Below are positions 17,628-27,500 of a stretch of 64,000 nt of DNA, piece after piece. Position 1 is the stretch's first letter, and each line of letters opens with the position of its first letter. Both the position numbers and the translations under genes were made by a program. The DNA lies in the NCBI GenBank assembly GCA_020056635.1, contig JAGVHI010000004.1, positions 2,782 through 66,781 on the forward strand. Reading direction: 5' to 3'. The notes under the pieces are model-generated. The model worked only from the letters and a program-made list of their open reading frames with translations, was not told the DNA's origin and did not search any database. The DNA is from an archaeon. Lineage in GTDB: Archaea; Micrarchaeota; Micrarchaeia; Anstonellales; Anstonellaceae.

Positions 17628-17630
17628 GTT

Positions 17631-17702
17631 GCCCCCATAGTTCAACGGATAGAATGCTGGCCTCCGGAGCCGGTGATCGGCGTTCGAATCGCCGTGGGGG
17701 CG
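17631..17702 (+). tRNA. tRNA-Arg (anticodon CCG)
   Basis: Folded by hand. Acceptor GCCCCCA/TGGGGGC, D stem GTTC/GAAT, anticodon stem CTGGC/GCCGG with loop CTCCGGA (CCG), 4-nt variable loop, T stem CGGCG/CGCCG with loop TTCGAAT, discriminator G. CCA is not encoded. Confidence 0.9.
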
Positions 17703-17756
17703 TTCCCATAGCCTTAAAATATACCCAATCTGAAATCCTATTCGGGAGTGAACAAG

Positions 17757-18260
17757 ATGGCAGAGAAGAAGAAATCGCTAGAAGAGATCATTAGGGAGAA
17801 AGTCGCAGAAGGCGGGATACATGCGATGCTCTATTTCGATGTGCATGGGAATTCCGAGCAGGCGCTTCGAACAATCATGGTCGATTTTATAGGAAGGCTT
17901 ACAAAGGAGCCCGGAGTCGAATACGTGGTTGGCGAGATTGAAAAGCCCATTGCGGACGGGGAGCTGTATTCCACTTACGGGGAGGTCAGGATACTGGTGG
18001 ATGACTTCCCGTCGCTTGTGAATGTTTGCTTCAATTTCGCGCCAGTTGGAATCGAGATACTGGACCCGCTTGAGATAAAGCTGCGAAGCGGGAGTGCGCA
18101 GACTGCGCTCATGAACGTGTCCTCAGCAAGCCAGAATTTCACGAAACTGGTGATGGAGAAGATACTTACGCCGCAGCAGAAGGCGGATTTGCAAAGGAAA
18201 ATGGAAGCAAGGAGCAAAATCGGGAAAATGCTCGTGGAGAAGAAGGGAGCTGGGCAGTAG
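17757..18260 (+). CDS. Hypothetical protein upstream of the third KaiC-like ATPase
   Basis: 167 aa from the ATG at 17757 (GGGAG 9 nt upstream). No family recognised. Confidence 0.5.
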   Translation: MAEKKKSLEEIIREKVAEGGIHAMLYFDVHGNSEQALRTIMVDFIGRLTKEPGVEYVVGEIEKPIADGELYSTYGEVRILVDDFPSLVNVCFNFAPVGIEILDPLEIKLRSGSAQTALMNVSSASQNFTKLVMEKILTPQQKADLQRKMEARSKIGKMLVEKKGAGQ

Positions 18261-18349
18261 GCGCGCAAGCATGGGATGAAAATTGGGGAAAGATGCGCAA
18301 TAGAGTAAGGGAGAGGGGAATGCGAGACTGAAAAAATAGCGGTTTGGAG

Positions 18350-19231
18350 ATGGAAACAATGGATGAGCTTTCGAAAAAAACCCAGTCCGGGATTCCGGGC
18401 TTGGATGATTTGATTGGGGGCGGATTCCGCAAGAACAGCATAATTTCCGTGAGCGGGTCCACTGGCTCTGGAAGGACTATTTTCGGGCTGCAGTTCCTTA
18501 TGGGAGGGATTGAGCAGGGGGAAGTGGGGATGTACATTTCATTTGACGAGAAGAAGCACTCATTTTACGAGAACATGAAATCCTGCGGATGGAATTTGGC
18601 TGCAATGGAGGCAAAGAAGCAGTTTGTGTTCATAGAATACCCGGTTCACGAGGTCGAGAGCCTGATCGACCAGGAAAGCGGGATTAGGGATTTGATTGAC
18701 GCAGTGGGGGTCGAGAGGGTGGTGCTTGATTCGGTCACGCCGTTTGCGCTCTCTTTCGATTCAGAGGATGACAGGAGAATAGCGCTGGGAAAGCTTGTTG
18801 AGAAGATGAGGAAGTGGCTCTGCACCGTGCTTGTGATTGCAGAGGATACGGGCGAGCACGGGATTGCGGTCCCGAGGACCAAGGCGGGGATAGAGTATGT
18901 TGCGGATGGGTTCATACACTTGTCTTTCATCAAGGACGGGATGAAAAGAAGCAGGTACCTTGAAGTGGTGAAAATGAGGGGGGCTGCGCACATGCACGAG
19001 ATGTTCCCTGCGAAAATAGATGATGAGGGGTTCTCGGTGATTACCGGGAAGGTGCAAGTGAGGAAAAAGGAAAAGCTAAAGCAGGCAGTTGAGGAGAAGC
19101 AGCAGGTGAAAAAGGAGATTATGCCAGAACAGAGGCCCAAGCTGTCAAAATTTGTGCTTCCAAAGAGCTTTGATTATGGGAAAGAGGAAACTGAGTTAAT
19201 TGAGGAAGAGGAGAAAGATGACATCATTTAA
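18350..19231 (+). CDS. Single-domain KaiC/RadA/ArlH-like RecA-superfamily ATPase with an acidic C-terminal tail
   Basis: 'GIPGLDDLIGGGFRKNSIISVSGSTGSGRTIFGLQF' (Walker A variant GSTGSGRT), 'RVVLDSVTP' (Walker B-like) and 'YLEVVKMRG'. Confidence 0.8.
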   Translation: METMDELSKKTQSGIPGLDDLIGGGFRKNSIISVSGSTGSGRTIFGLQFLMGGIEQGEVGMYISFDEKKHSFYENMKSCGWNLAAMEAKKQFVFIEYPVHEVESLIDQESGIRDLIDAVGVERVVLDSVTPFALSFDSEDDRRIALGKLVEKMRKWLCTVLVIAEDTGEHGIAVPRTKAGIEYVADGFIHLSFIKDGMKRSRYLEVVKMRGAAHMHEMFPAKIDDEGFSVITGKVQVRKKEKLKQAVEEKQQVKKEIMPEQRPKLSKFVLPKSFDYGKEETELIEEEEKDDII

Positions 19232-20303
19232 CCCATGGGGGAGCGAGCTTCCGGAATACGGGAAGCTCTTTTCGGAATTTGGGATGTCCAGGCTGGAGGG
19301 GCCGAAGTTTGAGTCCCTAATGCCAAAGCACAGGCTGTTTAGGAGGGGGTTGATTTTCGCTCACCGGGATTTGGACAAGTTTGTGGATGCGAACAGGCAA
19401 AAGAAGCAGATAGCAGTCATGTCCGGGATAAAGCCATCGAGCGAGTTCCACCTGGGCTCGAAAATGACTGCTGAGGAGCTGATATTCTTCCAAAAAGAAT
19501 TCGGGGCAAAAGTGTTCTACTGCATTGCGGATTTGGAAGCGAATGCGGATAATGGAATAAGCTTAGAAGAGAGCCATAACACCGCTGTTTCGAATGTCGC
19601 GGATTTGCTTGCGCTCGGGCTGGATGCGAAGAATGCGTACATTTACAAGCAGTCGCAGGAGAGGAGGGTTACGAACATGGCGTTCGTGCTTGCAAAAAGG
19701 GTCACTCCTGCAACATTGAGGGCGATATACGGGGAGCGGGAGATGGCATTGTACATGTCTGCGCTTATCCAGGTCGGGGATATTTTGCTTCCGCAGCATG
19801 AGGAGTTTGGGGGGCAGAAACAGGTGCTTGTGCCGATTGGGGCGGACCAGGACCCGCATATTAGGCTAACTCGGGACATTGCGGTGAAGCTGGGGCTGAT
19901 TCCGCCTGCTGCCACTTACCATAAGTTCATGAGGGCGTTGAATGGCGAGGAGAAGATGTCAAAGAGGGACCCGATGGGGGTGCTGAACCTTTCAGATACT
20001 ATTGAGGTTGCGAAAAAGAAAATCATGGGAACGTTTACAGGGGGAAGGACCACTGCGGAGGAGCAGAAGAGGCTGGGCGGGATGATTGACAAGTGCGTGA
20101 TTTACGATTTGGCTGTTTTCCACTTCCTGGAGAAGGATGAGGAATTGCTTGAGATGAAGAGAAGGTGCCTCAAGGGGGAAATTTTGTGCGGCGCGGATAA
20201 GTCTTGGCTTTGGGAAAGGATTGAAGCGTATCTTGTGAAGCACCAGGGGAAGAGGGAAAAGATGCTCCCTAAAGCGGAGAAAATATTAGAGGGGGGAAAT
20301 TAG
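19218..20303 (+). CDS. trpS: Tryptophan--tRNA ligase (archaeal/eukaryotic type)
   Basis: Class I aaRS signatures 'SGIKPSSEFHLGS' (HIGH-region variant) and 'KMSKRD' (KMSKS). The N-terminal 'FNPWGSELPEYGKLFSEFG' is typical of archaeal TrpRS. TyrRS was not formally excluded. Confidence 0.75.
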   Translation: MTSFNPWGSELPEYGKLFSEFGMSRLEGPKFESLMPKHRLFRRGLIFAHRDLDKFVDANRQKKQIAVMSGIKPSSEFHLGSKMTAEELIFFQKEFGAKVFYCIADLEANADNGISLEESHNTAVSNVADLLALGLDAKNAYIYKQSQERRVTNMAFVLAKRVTPATLRAIYGEREMALYMSALIQVGDILLPQHEEFGGQKQVLVPIGADQDPHIRLTRDIAVKLGLIPPAATYHKFMRALNGEEKMSKRDPMGVLNLSDTIEVAKKKIMGTFTGGRTTAEEQKRLGGMIDKCVIYDLAVFHFLEKDEELLEMKRRCLKGEILCGADKSWLWERIEAYLVKHQGKREKMLPKAEKILEGGN

Positions 20304-20304
20304 G

Positions 20305-21177
20305 ATGGACCATATTGAGATGCTTAGGTTCGGGCTGTCCGGGTACAGGCAGGAAGGGGTCCTAAAGTACATGCTGCTGTTCATCCTGGCTTCAGTGGCT
20401 TATACGCTTCTTAGCGCAGCATTGATTGGGGATGCGAGGTATGACGGAAATGTTGGGATTGTGCAGATGGTCCTGTGGTTCGGTCTGACGATCGCGATGG
20501 CGCTCGTTAATGCGCCAATAGCGCTTAGGATTGCCGCGGGGGCGATGAAAAAAATCGGATTGCCTGTGCACAAGGATATGCTAAGGGAGCTTTCATTTTC
20601 ATGGGCGTATGTTTCGGTGAGGTACGTTTTGTACGGGCTGGTCTGGTTCATTTATATGATGCTCTCGTGGTTTGAGAAGAAGTTCCTGGTTGCGCTAGTT
20701 GCGGCAGTGGGGTTTTTTGCAATAAGCATTTCAGCATTCATTTACAAGGAATTTATTATCGGGCTTGTGTGCCTCGGGATTTCAGGGATTGCATTCCTTG
20801 CTTACTCAGTTGTGCTTGCAAGGATTTGGCTGCGGCTGATGTTCGTGTCCAATGTGTTTATCCAGGACCCGTACGGGCCGCTTCGCGCGAATGTTTGGAA
20901 GGCGTGGAACGAGACTAGCGGGAAGGCTTTGCACATATTCGTTGCGCTGGCAGTGTTTTTCATTGCAATATTGCTCCCGCTGGTGTTTGTGGTGCTGCTC
21001 CCTTATGCGGCGTTATCTTTTGTGGAGCCTACAGCTGCCGAGGTTTATCTCAATATATTCATGCCGGCGATTTCGGTCTTCGGGATATACTGCAGCGCAT
21101 ACATGTATAGGAATATTGTGAAATCCGCGAAGCAAAAGCCGGAAGGCAGAAAAGCAGGCAGGAAAAAGAAGCGCTAG
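20305..21177 (+). CDS. Polytopic membrane protein, unknown function
   Basis: 290 aa with at least 6 hydrophobic segments and a basic C-terminal tail 'KQKPEGRKAGRKKKR'. Confidence 0.55.
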   Translation: MDHIEMLRFGLSGYRQEGVLKYMLLFILASVAYTLLSAALIGDARYDGNVGIVQMVLWFGLTIAMALVNAPIALRIAAGAMKKIGLPVHKDMLRELSFSWAYVSVRYVLYGLVWFIYMMLSWFEKKFLVALVAAVGFFAISISAFIYKEFIIGLVCLGISGIAFLAYSVVLARIWLRLMFVSNVFIQDPYGPLRANVWKAWNETSGKALHIFVALAVFFIAILLPLVFVVLLPYAALSFVEPTAAEVYLNIFMPAISVFGIYCSAYMYRNIVKSAKQKPEGRKAGRKKKR

Positions 21178-22142
21178 AGCGGGTGCATCCTCGGGATGAA
21201 TGCGCAAAGGAGAGCCTGCCTGTTCATTTCTTTCCGCTCAAGCAGGCCGTTTGAGAGGAAATGGATTGCGCCCATTTTTGTCCCAATATCAGCTATGCCG
21301 GATAGTTCGGAAACCACTTCGCCCATTGATTTCTTTTCCTTTTTTATCCTGTGGAATATTGAATCTGGCACATGGAAGCCCATCGAGTTGCCAAATGAGA
21401 AATCTGCACCGCCATAGACTGCGCAGAACACTATGTCAAAGCGCTTCCCGCCAAAAAGCAGCAAGCCGCTCTCAAAACCAATGCCGTAATCGCAGTTGGC
21501 AACTGTGTTGAATGCGTTTTTTGCGCGGTTCTTCGCCCCCTTCATGGTTTCCTTCCAGCCTATCGGCTGGTCTGAAACGCCGGAGGGCACGTTTAAGGGG
21601 AGAAGCTCGAATTTGCACTGGAAAAGGCGCGAGGCGGCTTCCCTTGCGCCATCGAGCTTTGAGGGGTTCTCGGTCCCGGCTGCAACCTTGATTGGTAGGA
21701 GGCGCTTTCCATCGGAACCGATCAGCCCTTTTGCAATTGCTTCGCATGAGATTTTTTTGTAATCCTCACCAAGCGAAATAGGGATGATGATTTTATTTAG
21801 AGCTTTCCAGCCTTTCCTTTTGCGGATTGAATTAATGGTTTCAACTGTGTGCTCGGTTTCCTTGCTTGCAACTATTGCATCGAGCTGGGGGTCCGTGACG
21901 CTCTCTCCGTAGTTGTTGCGCAGCGGGAAAATGCGGAAGTTTGCAAAGTTCAGGGAGCGAAGCGCTCGCGTGAGGCCTTCACGCCTGTGCTCATATGAAG
22001 GCAGGGAGTAGCCCTTGGTGCCGGAAGCAAAAGCGTCGCTTGTGAGCCCTATGTGCACCTCATCGAATTTCACTGCCTCTGATAGGAGCGCAAGGTGCCC
22101 TTTGTGTATGCAGGAGAACGTTCCCCCCAGGATTGCCCGCAT
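21174..22142 (-). CDS. Fusion protein with an archaeal-type phosphopantetheine adenylyltransferase-like cytidylyltransferase domain and a DUF84/YjjX-like non-canonical NTPase domain
   Basis: The N-terminal 'AILGGTFSCIHKGHLALL' is a (H/T)xGH nucleotidyltransferase motif. The C-terminal half, 'KVAAGTENPSKLDGAREA ... VPSGVSDQPIGWKETMKGAKNRA ... DYGIGFESGL', matches inosine/xanthosine triphosphatase-type (DUF84) proteins. Confidence 0.65.
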   Translation of the reverse strand: MRAILGGTFSCIHKGHLALLSEAVKFDEVHIGLTSDAFASGTKGYSLPSYEHRREGLTRALRSLNFANFRIFPLRNNYGESVTDPQLDAIVASKETEHTVETINSIRKRKGWKALNKIIIPISLGEDYKKISCEAIAKGLIGSDGKRLLPIKVAAGTENPSKLDGAREAASRLFQCKFELLPLNVPSGVSDQPIGWKETMKGAKNRAKNAFNTVANCDYGIGFESGLLLFGGKRFDIVFCAVYGGADFSFGNSMGFHVPDSIFHRIKKEKKSMGEVVSELSGIADIGTKMGAIHFLSNGLLERKEMNRQALLCAFIPRMHPL

Positions 22143-22175
22143 AGTGATAAAAAGCAGTTTCGGGAATAAAAAGCC

Positions 22176-22505
22176 ATGGCAAAGGGAAATGGGGGGAGGG
22201 CAAAAAGCGAAGCGGGTGTGAGGGGCAAGGGGTTGAAACCCTCAAGGGGGCAATCGGCTGGCGGGAGTCCCCCTTATGGGAGGGATGAGAGAACACGGAT
22301 TGAATCGGATATCGAGCAGTTTTACGCAAATGTGAAGGAAGTGAGGAAAACTGGGGAAAATGCGCATATACTGGAGCTTGCATCGCAGTATTGCGAGGAC
22401 ACAAAATATTTTTTGGGAAAGGGCGATTATGTCACTGCGTTCGGGTGCATTAATTACGCGCACGGGCTTATTGATGCCTTTCGGAAAGCGAACGAGAAAG
22501 ACTGA
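22176..22505 (+). CDS. DUF357-like small archaeal protein (true start may be internal)
   Basis: 'ASQYCEDTKYFLGKGDYVTAFGCINYAHGLIDA' resembles the conserved core of DUF357 proteins, which often neighbour archaeal PPAT. The Gly/Arg-rich first ~40 aa look non-native. Confidence 0.45.
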   Translation: MAKGNGGRAKSEAGVRGKGLKPSRGQSAGGSPPYGRDERTRIESDIEQFYANVKEVRKTGENAHILELASQYCEDTKYFLGKGDYVTAFGCINYAHGLIDAFRKANEKD

Positions 22506-22520
22506 GCCAAAGGGAAAATT

Positions 22521-23624
22521 ATGAAAACCGAATTTGTTTGCGAAGGGAAAGCCAAGCTGCAAAAATCCGGTTCGGTTTTCTACAACCCGCACATGGAGTT
22601 CTGCAGGGATATTTCCTCACTGGCCGTTGGAGCGGTTGGGGAGAAAATTTCAATTTGCGATTCATTCTGCGCAAGCGGAATTAGGGGGATACGGTACAAG
22701 CGCGAAAACGGGAATGCGCAGGAAGTTGCTTTTGTTGATATGAATAAAGAGGCATACGCGCTTGCGAGGAAGAATGCAAAAGCGAATAGAGTGAAGGGGA
22801 AAGTGCATGTGAGCGATGCGAGAAAATTCTTTTTGGAGCATGAATTCGATTTTTTAGAGCTTGACCCGTTCGGGACCCCTGCGCCGTATCTCCCCTATGC
22901 GTTCAATTCGTTCAGGGCTAAGAAAATAGGTTACGTTTCTGCAACTGCAACGGATGTTGCGGTGCTGTGCGGCGCGCACTCGGAAGCTTGCTTGAAAGTT
23001 TACCAGGCTCACCCGATAGACAATGAGTTCTGCCATGAGAATGGGATTAGAATCCTGCTGGGGAAAATGGCGAGGGAAGCGGCAGGTGCGGAATTGGGAA
23101 TTGAACCGTTGGTTTCTTTCTCGCACAGGCATTACATGAAAATTATTGTGAGAGTGAAAAAAGGCGCGAAAGAGGCTGTGGAGAGCGTAAGGAAACTGGG
23201 TTACATTGGATGGTGCTCAAGGTGCCTGTTCCGCAATGCGATAAAATTGCCAGAAACGAAAATCTGCCCTGAGTGCGGGAATTTGCTCGAATTTGCGGGC
23301 CCGCTTTGGCTTGGGGAATTGAGCAATAGGGAATTTGTGGAAAAAATGAGGGAATTGAATAAAGAAAGAAAGTATGCGAATGAAAAGGCGGTTGAAAAAA
23401 TGCTCTCCTTGATTTCGGAGGAGTGCGGGATGCCGCCTGCGTATTATGATTTGCACTCGATTGTGAAAAAGCTGAAGCAGGGGGCGGTCGGGAGCGAACC
23501 GGTCATGGAATCATTGCGCGCGGATGGGTACAGGTGCGCAAAAACGCATTTCAACCCGAATGCGATTAAAACGGATGCTCCGCTCGGGGCGATTAAGGAA
23601 ATAATAAGGGAATTGAAAATTTAG
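22521..23624 (+). CDS. trm1: tRNA (guanine(26)-N2)-dimethyltransferase
   Basis: 'FYNPHMEFCRDISSLAV', 'DSFCASGIRGIRY', 'LELDPFGTPAPYL' and the Cys cluster 'CSRC...CPECG' are typical of Trm1. Confidence 0.85.
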   Translation: MKTEFVCEGKAKLQKSGSVFYNPHMEFCRDISSLAVGAVGEKISICDSFCASGIRGIRYKRENGNAQEVAFVDMNKEAYALARKNAKANRVKGKVHVSDARKFFLEHEFDFLELDPFGTPAPYLPYAFNSFRAKKIGYVSATATDVAVLCGAHSEACLKVYQAHPIDNEFCHENGIRILLGKMAREAAGAELGIEPLVSFSHRHYMKIIVRVKKGAKEAVESVRKLGYIGWCSRCLFRNAIKLPETKICPECGNLLEFAGPLWLGELSNREFVEKMRELNKERKYANEKAVEKMLSLISEECGMPPAYYDLHSIVKKLKQGAVGSEPVMESLRADGYRCAKTHFNPNAIKTDAPLGAIKEIIRELKI

Positions 23625-24004
23625 ACTGCAATCCCGTTTACCACGCCGTCCTGGCCAACGCGGTTTGTGACTTTTACCTTTCCAACCTCAGTATCCAGTA
23701 TTGCGCCCTTTGTGATTATGTTCTGCCTTGCGTGGTGGCGGTTGTCAGGAGTTTCTGTCACGGATTTTATCGAGGCTTTCTTCATCTTCCCGTCCTTCAT
23801 TTTTACATTCGCAAATTGCGCGTGCTTGAGCTTCACCTTGAGCGTATTGCCCATGCCAAAAATGAGCTTGCGTATGTCTTTCTTCCCCACCTTGGTTGCG
23901 GTGAATACCCCGCCCCAGAGGGACAGGCGCTTGTCTGATGCTTTTTTGCGCTTGCCGCCTGTGCCTGTGCGCTTTGATGCTGATGGCCCGTGATACTGCT
24001 CCAA
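23621..24004 (-). CDS. rps8e: 30S ribosomal protein S8e
   Basis: 'YHGPSASKRTGTGGKRKKASDKRL ... VKVTNRVGQDGVVNGIAV' is S8e-like. A TTG start at 24004 is preceded by AGGAGGT (24012-24018, minus strand). The listed longer ORF (to 24088) would overlap the divergent gene. Confidence 0.8.
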   Translation of the reverse strand: MEQYHGPSASKRTGTGGKRKKASDKRLSLWGGVFTATKVGKKDIRKLIFGMGNTLKVKLKHAQFANVKMKDGKMKKASIKSVTETPDNRHHARQNIITKGAILDTEVGKVKVTNRVGQDGVVNGIAV

Positions 24005-24037
24005 GTAAATTACCTCCTTGAAATAGGATTTACGAGA

Positions 24038-24047
24038 GTATATATAC
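24038..24047. promoter_or_regulatory. Palindromic TATA-like element shared by divergent rps8e and cgi121
   Basis: 'gtatatatac' lies 22-31 nt upstream of the ATG at 24069 (+) and about 35-43 nt upstream of the TTG at 24004 (-). Confidence 0.4.
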
Positions 24048-24068
24048 CTTAGGCTTTTTAAAACTCTC

Positions 24069-24503
24069 ATGAAAGCATGGGTTTGCAAAAGCGGCTTTGG
24101 CTCTGTGCAGGAAATGCTGGGGGCTGTAGGCAGGGCTGCGAAAGAGAGCGGAATCGAGGTGGCAGTGGTTTCAAGGGAAGCGCTGGAGGGGGCTGGGGAG
24201 GGAAGGCTGCTCCTTGCCGAACATCTTTCAACTAGCGGGAGGATAAAGCGGGAAAGGATGGCGCATTCTGCTGCAAACGAGTTCCTTCTCTGGCTTGCGT
24301 GCGAGAGGCAGGTAAGCGTTGCAATTGCAAAAGTTGGGGCGACGGATGCAAAAGAGTTCGGGATTGTGGCGATCGGGAAGGGGAGTTCAACGGAGTTTGT
24401 AGCTTATTTGAAAAAAAGCGGAATAGAATGCAAGGAAGCGAAATTTAAGGTAAAGGATGATTTGAAGGAATTGGAAAGGATGGCCGTTTCAAGAATTGAA
24501 TAA
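24069..24503 (+). CDS. cgi121: KEOPS complex subunit Cgi121-like
   Basis: 'NEFLLWLACERQVSVAIAKVGATDAKEFGIVAI' parallels the conserved 'E-[IL]-L-x4-G-x-R-Q-I-x2-A-I-x2-[IL]-G' core of archaeal Cgi121. Size of 144 aa. Confidence 0.6.
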   Translation: MKAWVCKSGFGSVQEMLGAVGRAAKESGIEVAVVSREALEGAGEGRLLLAEHLSTSGRIKRERMAHSAANEFLLWLACERQVSVAIAKVGATDAKEFGIVAIGKGSSTEFVAYLKKSGIECKEAKFKVKDDLKELERMAVSRIE

Positions 24504-24526
24504 GGCACTTCCGCGCTTAGATTAGC

Positions 24527-27500
24527 TTATTCGTCCCTTAGCCTGCCTTTCGGGTCGCCCTGGTAGATGTCCATGTGGCGGGCGTAATTGCTTGAGGAGT
24601 AGAATGCGTCAGCGAGGTTGTAGCCCTGGTAGTAGCGGGGGAATAAGAGGTCGGAGTAGGAGGGTGCATGGACATTGGGCTCGGTCACCTCGCCCATAGC
24701 GCCAGCCGCCCCTTCCGCAACCATGTCGCCTATGTACCCGCCCCATGGGTTGCTGTAGTTCCAGAATTGGGTCTGGTTCACCATCGTGGTTTCATACGCA
24801 AGCAGGGTGCCGTTTGGATAGTATGTGCCGTTCGGAAGCCTATATGAGCCCCATGAGATGAGCGTGCCTGCCGGGAACGTGACATTAGATGAGAGGCGCA
24901 CATTCGGGGTGAAATAATTGTCGTATGAATAATCAATAAAGTAAGAGCTGTAGGAATAGAGGTATTCGCCGATTCCGCCCGGGGCCCAGGTGTTGTTCGG
25001 GGCAGCGTGGTAAGTGTACCATTCCGCCATTGAGCTTCTGCTTTGCGCATCATTGTAGCCCCATGAGATGTACATGAGCACGTTGGGCTGGTTATGGATG
25101 TATATGCTGCCATCCGTATCGACCACGAAGCGCGATGGGTCGACCCCCATTGCCTGCAGGCGGGACATTGCGGTGTCCATCCGCACGTTGTGTGGGTAAT
25201 TGATGTATCCCCCCCACAGGCTCTTATCAAATACGAATATGCCATTGTTCTTATTGCCATAAGCCCGGTCCACCATGGAAGTCGAATTTTGCACAGTGTA
25301 GCCATTGAGGCGCGTGGCTAGGTAGGTGCCGCCCATTTTTGCTGAGGAGAAAACAGGCATGGCGTCATAGGTTCCGCTGTAGTATGGCATAGTCGGGGGG
25401 CCAAGGTGGTTATCGCAGAAATTCTGGGATATTGAAACCAGGTGGGCATCTATGGAATAGTAGTCATCGTATACAGGGCAGCCGTGGAACCTGAATGGGA
25501 CGCCCCTTGTGAGGACGATGTAGTTTATTTTCTGGGTCAGGTTGTTCGAGCTTAGGTAGTCGCGTATGGGCTGCCGTATGTGCGATTCCGCGTAGGGCTC
25601 GGTCACGTCCATGTAAATTGCAGTGAGGTTTGTGATGTTCAGGATGTGCATGACGCCCCGCGCTTGGGCGAAATAGTTGCCTATCTGCTGGCTTTCCGCG
25701 CTGGCATTGTTCAGCACGAGCAGGACATCGTCATAGGATTCGTACGGGCAGCCTGCGCGGCTGCAGAAATCCACAGGGATAGAGAGCGAATTGGAAACCA
25801 CTGGTATTATTGTGCCGTTTGCAAGCATGATGTTTAAGACCAGGCTTACAGGCGCTGGGCCCCCGTATGCTGGGAGCGTCGGGCAGAGGAACCGTATTGA
25901 GGGCGTTGCGTTCTTGTCCATGCCAGCGCCATTATTGAGCGTGCCGTCTGGCAAAACGCCGTCGTAGCAATTCGTAGGCCCGAGATTCCAGGTGAAATCA
26001 ATGGTAGAGCCGACAGGGGCGTCAGGGACAAGCGTATAGTTGAAAAACACTGGGTCAAGGACATCGGGCGCGGTGTTGTTCGCGCTTATTGCAAGCGCAT
26101 AAGTGGATTCGTTTGCGCATTGTGCTGTGTAGTTCCACTGGTTGTTCGTTTCGTCAGATTCATTTATGGAATTGGCAGCATCAGCGAGCAACGTGAACAG
26201 GGCAGGGCCGGGAGCAGTGCAGTTGAGCGTGACATTCTGCGTCTTGTTCATAAGCGGGTAGATAAGGCCTGTTGAGAAGTTCGCAGCCAGGGTATCGTTT
26301 TGATACGCATAGGTCCAAGTGGGATAGGCAATCACATTGCCGAGGTTTTTGGTGTATGTGGTCACTATGAAAGGAACGCCCACAAGGTGCGGTATTGAGA
26401 GGCTTTCAAGGGACGCGCTTGCCGCCAAATCCCCGACCTCTCCACAGTGCACTGTCGCATTCCAGCGGTTGTTGGACTCGTTCTGCTCGAACACCTCGCC
26501 TTGGGCATCCGCAACGGTCTGAAACTCGTACAGGCCGTAATCGGGGCAGGTGATGCTTGTAGAATTGAGCCATGTGCCGTAGCTCATGGTTGGCATGCTG
26601 AAGTTTGCAATAAGCGCGCCATTGAAGAATACGTGCGTGTGCGAAGGGGGCGAGGAATTTGTCCCGTAATTATATGTGTATATGGTTTGTGAGCTTGAGA
26701 CGTTGATTTGCTTGGGCAGCAATAGTTGCAGCATATTGACGCCCGATCTAAGGTCCGGCAGGCTGCCGCACGGGACCGTGTAGTTCCATTCGTTGTTAGC
26801 CTCGTCCCATTCATCAGCTTCAGATGATGCATCCGCAATCACACGGAATTCGAAACCGCCTGATGAAGTGCAGTTGAGCGTGGCGTTGCGGTAGTGGGTG
26901 GCCCCTGGCGCAAGCGGTGCAGTGGTGTTGTAGCTTGTGAGATTGGCCCCTCTGAATTGCACCTGCGCAAGCGTCTGGATTGGGACTGGCTCGTCGCCCT
27001 CATTTTTTATGCTTATGGAAACGTTGAAGGGAATGCTTACATTATGCTGGGATGAGAGCGCCGCGAGGTCTGCGGATGGGGTGAGGTCCGGCTTTCCCGA
27101 GCAGGAGTTGGGGAAAAGACCGGTGTCGCATGTGCCGCTGCAGCAGTCAGAGCCGCTGCTGCATTCGCCCCCTTTCGGAAGGCAGGAGACGCAGTTGCCG
27201 CTATTGAGCGTGTCGCACAGCAGGCCGGAGCAGCATTCGGAAGTGGCAGCGCAGGATTGGCCCTCGGGCAGGCACTGCGAGCAGATGCCCCCGATGCACA
27301 CTAGGCCAAAGCAGCATTCCGGGTTGAGTGCGCATGTGCCGCTGCCTTCCGCATAGCAGCATCTTGCATAAGGCGTTGATTCCCCTTCGCATGTGAGGCC
27401 AGTGCAGCATGTTTCGTTTGAAAACCATGCAGAGCAGTATTGCGTGGCATTGCGGCACGAGATGCATGGGACTGGGATTTCGGCAAAATTGTTAATCTCG

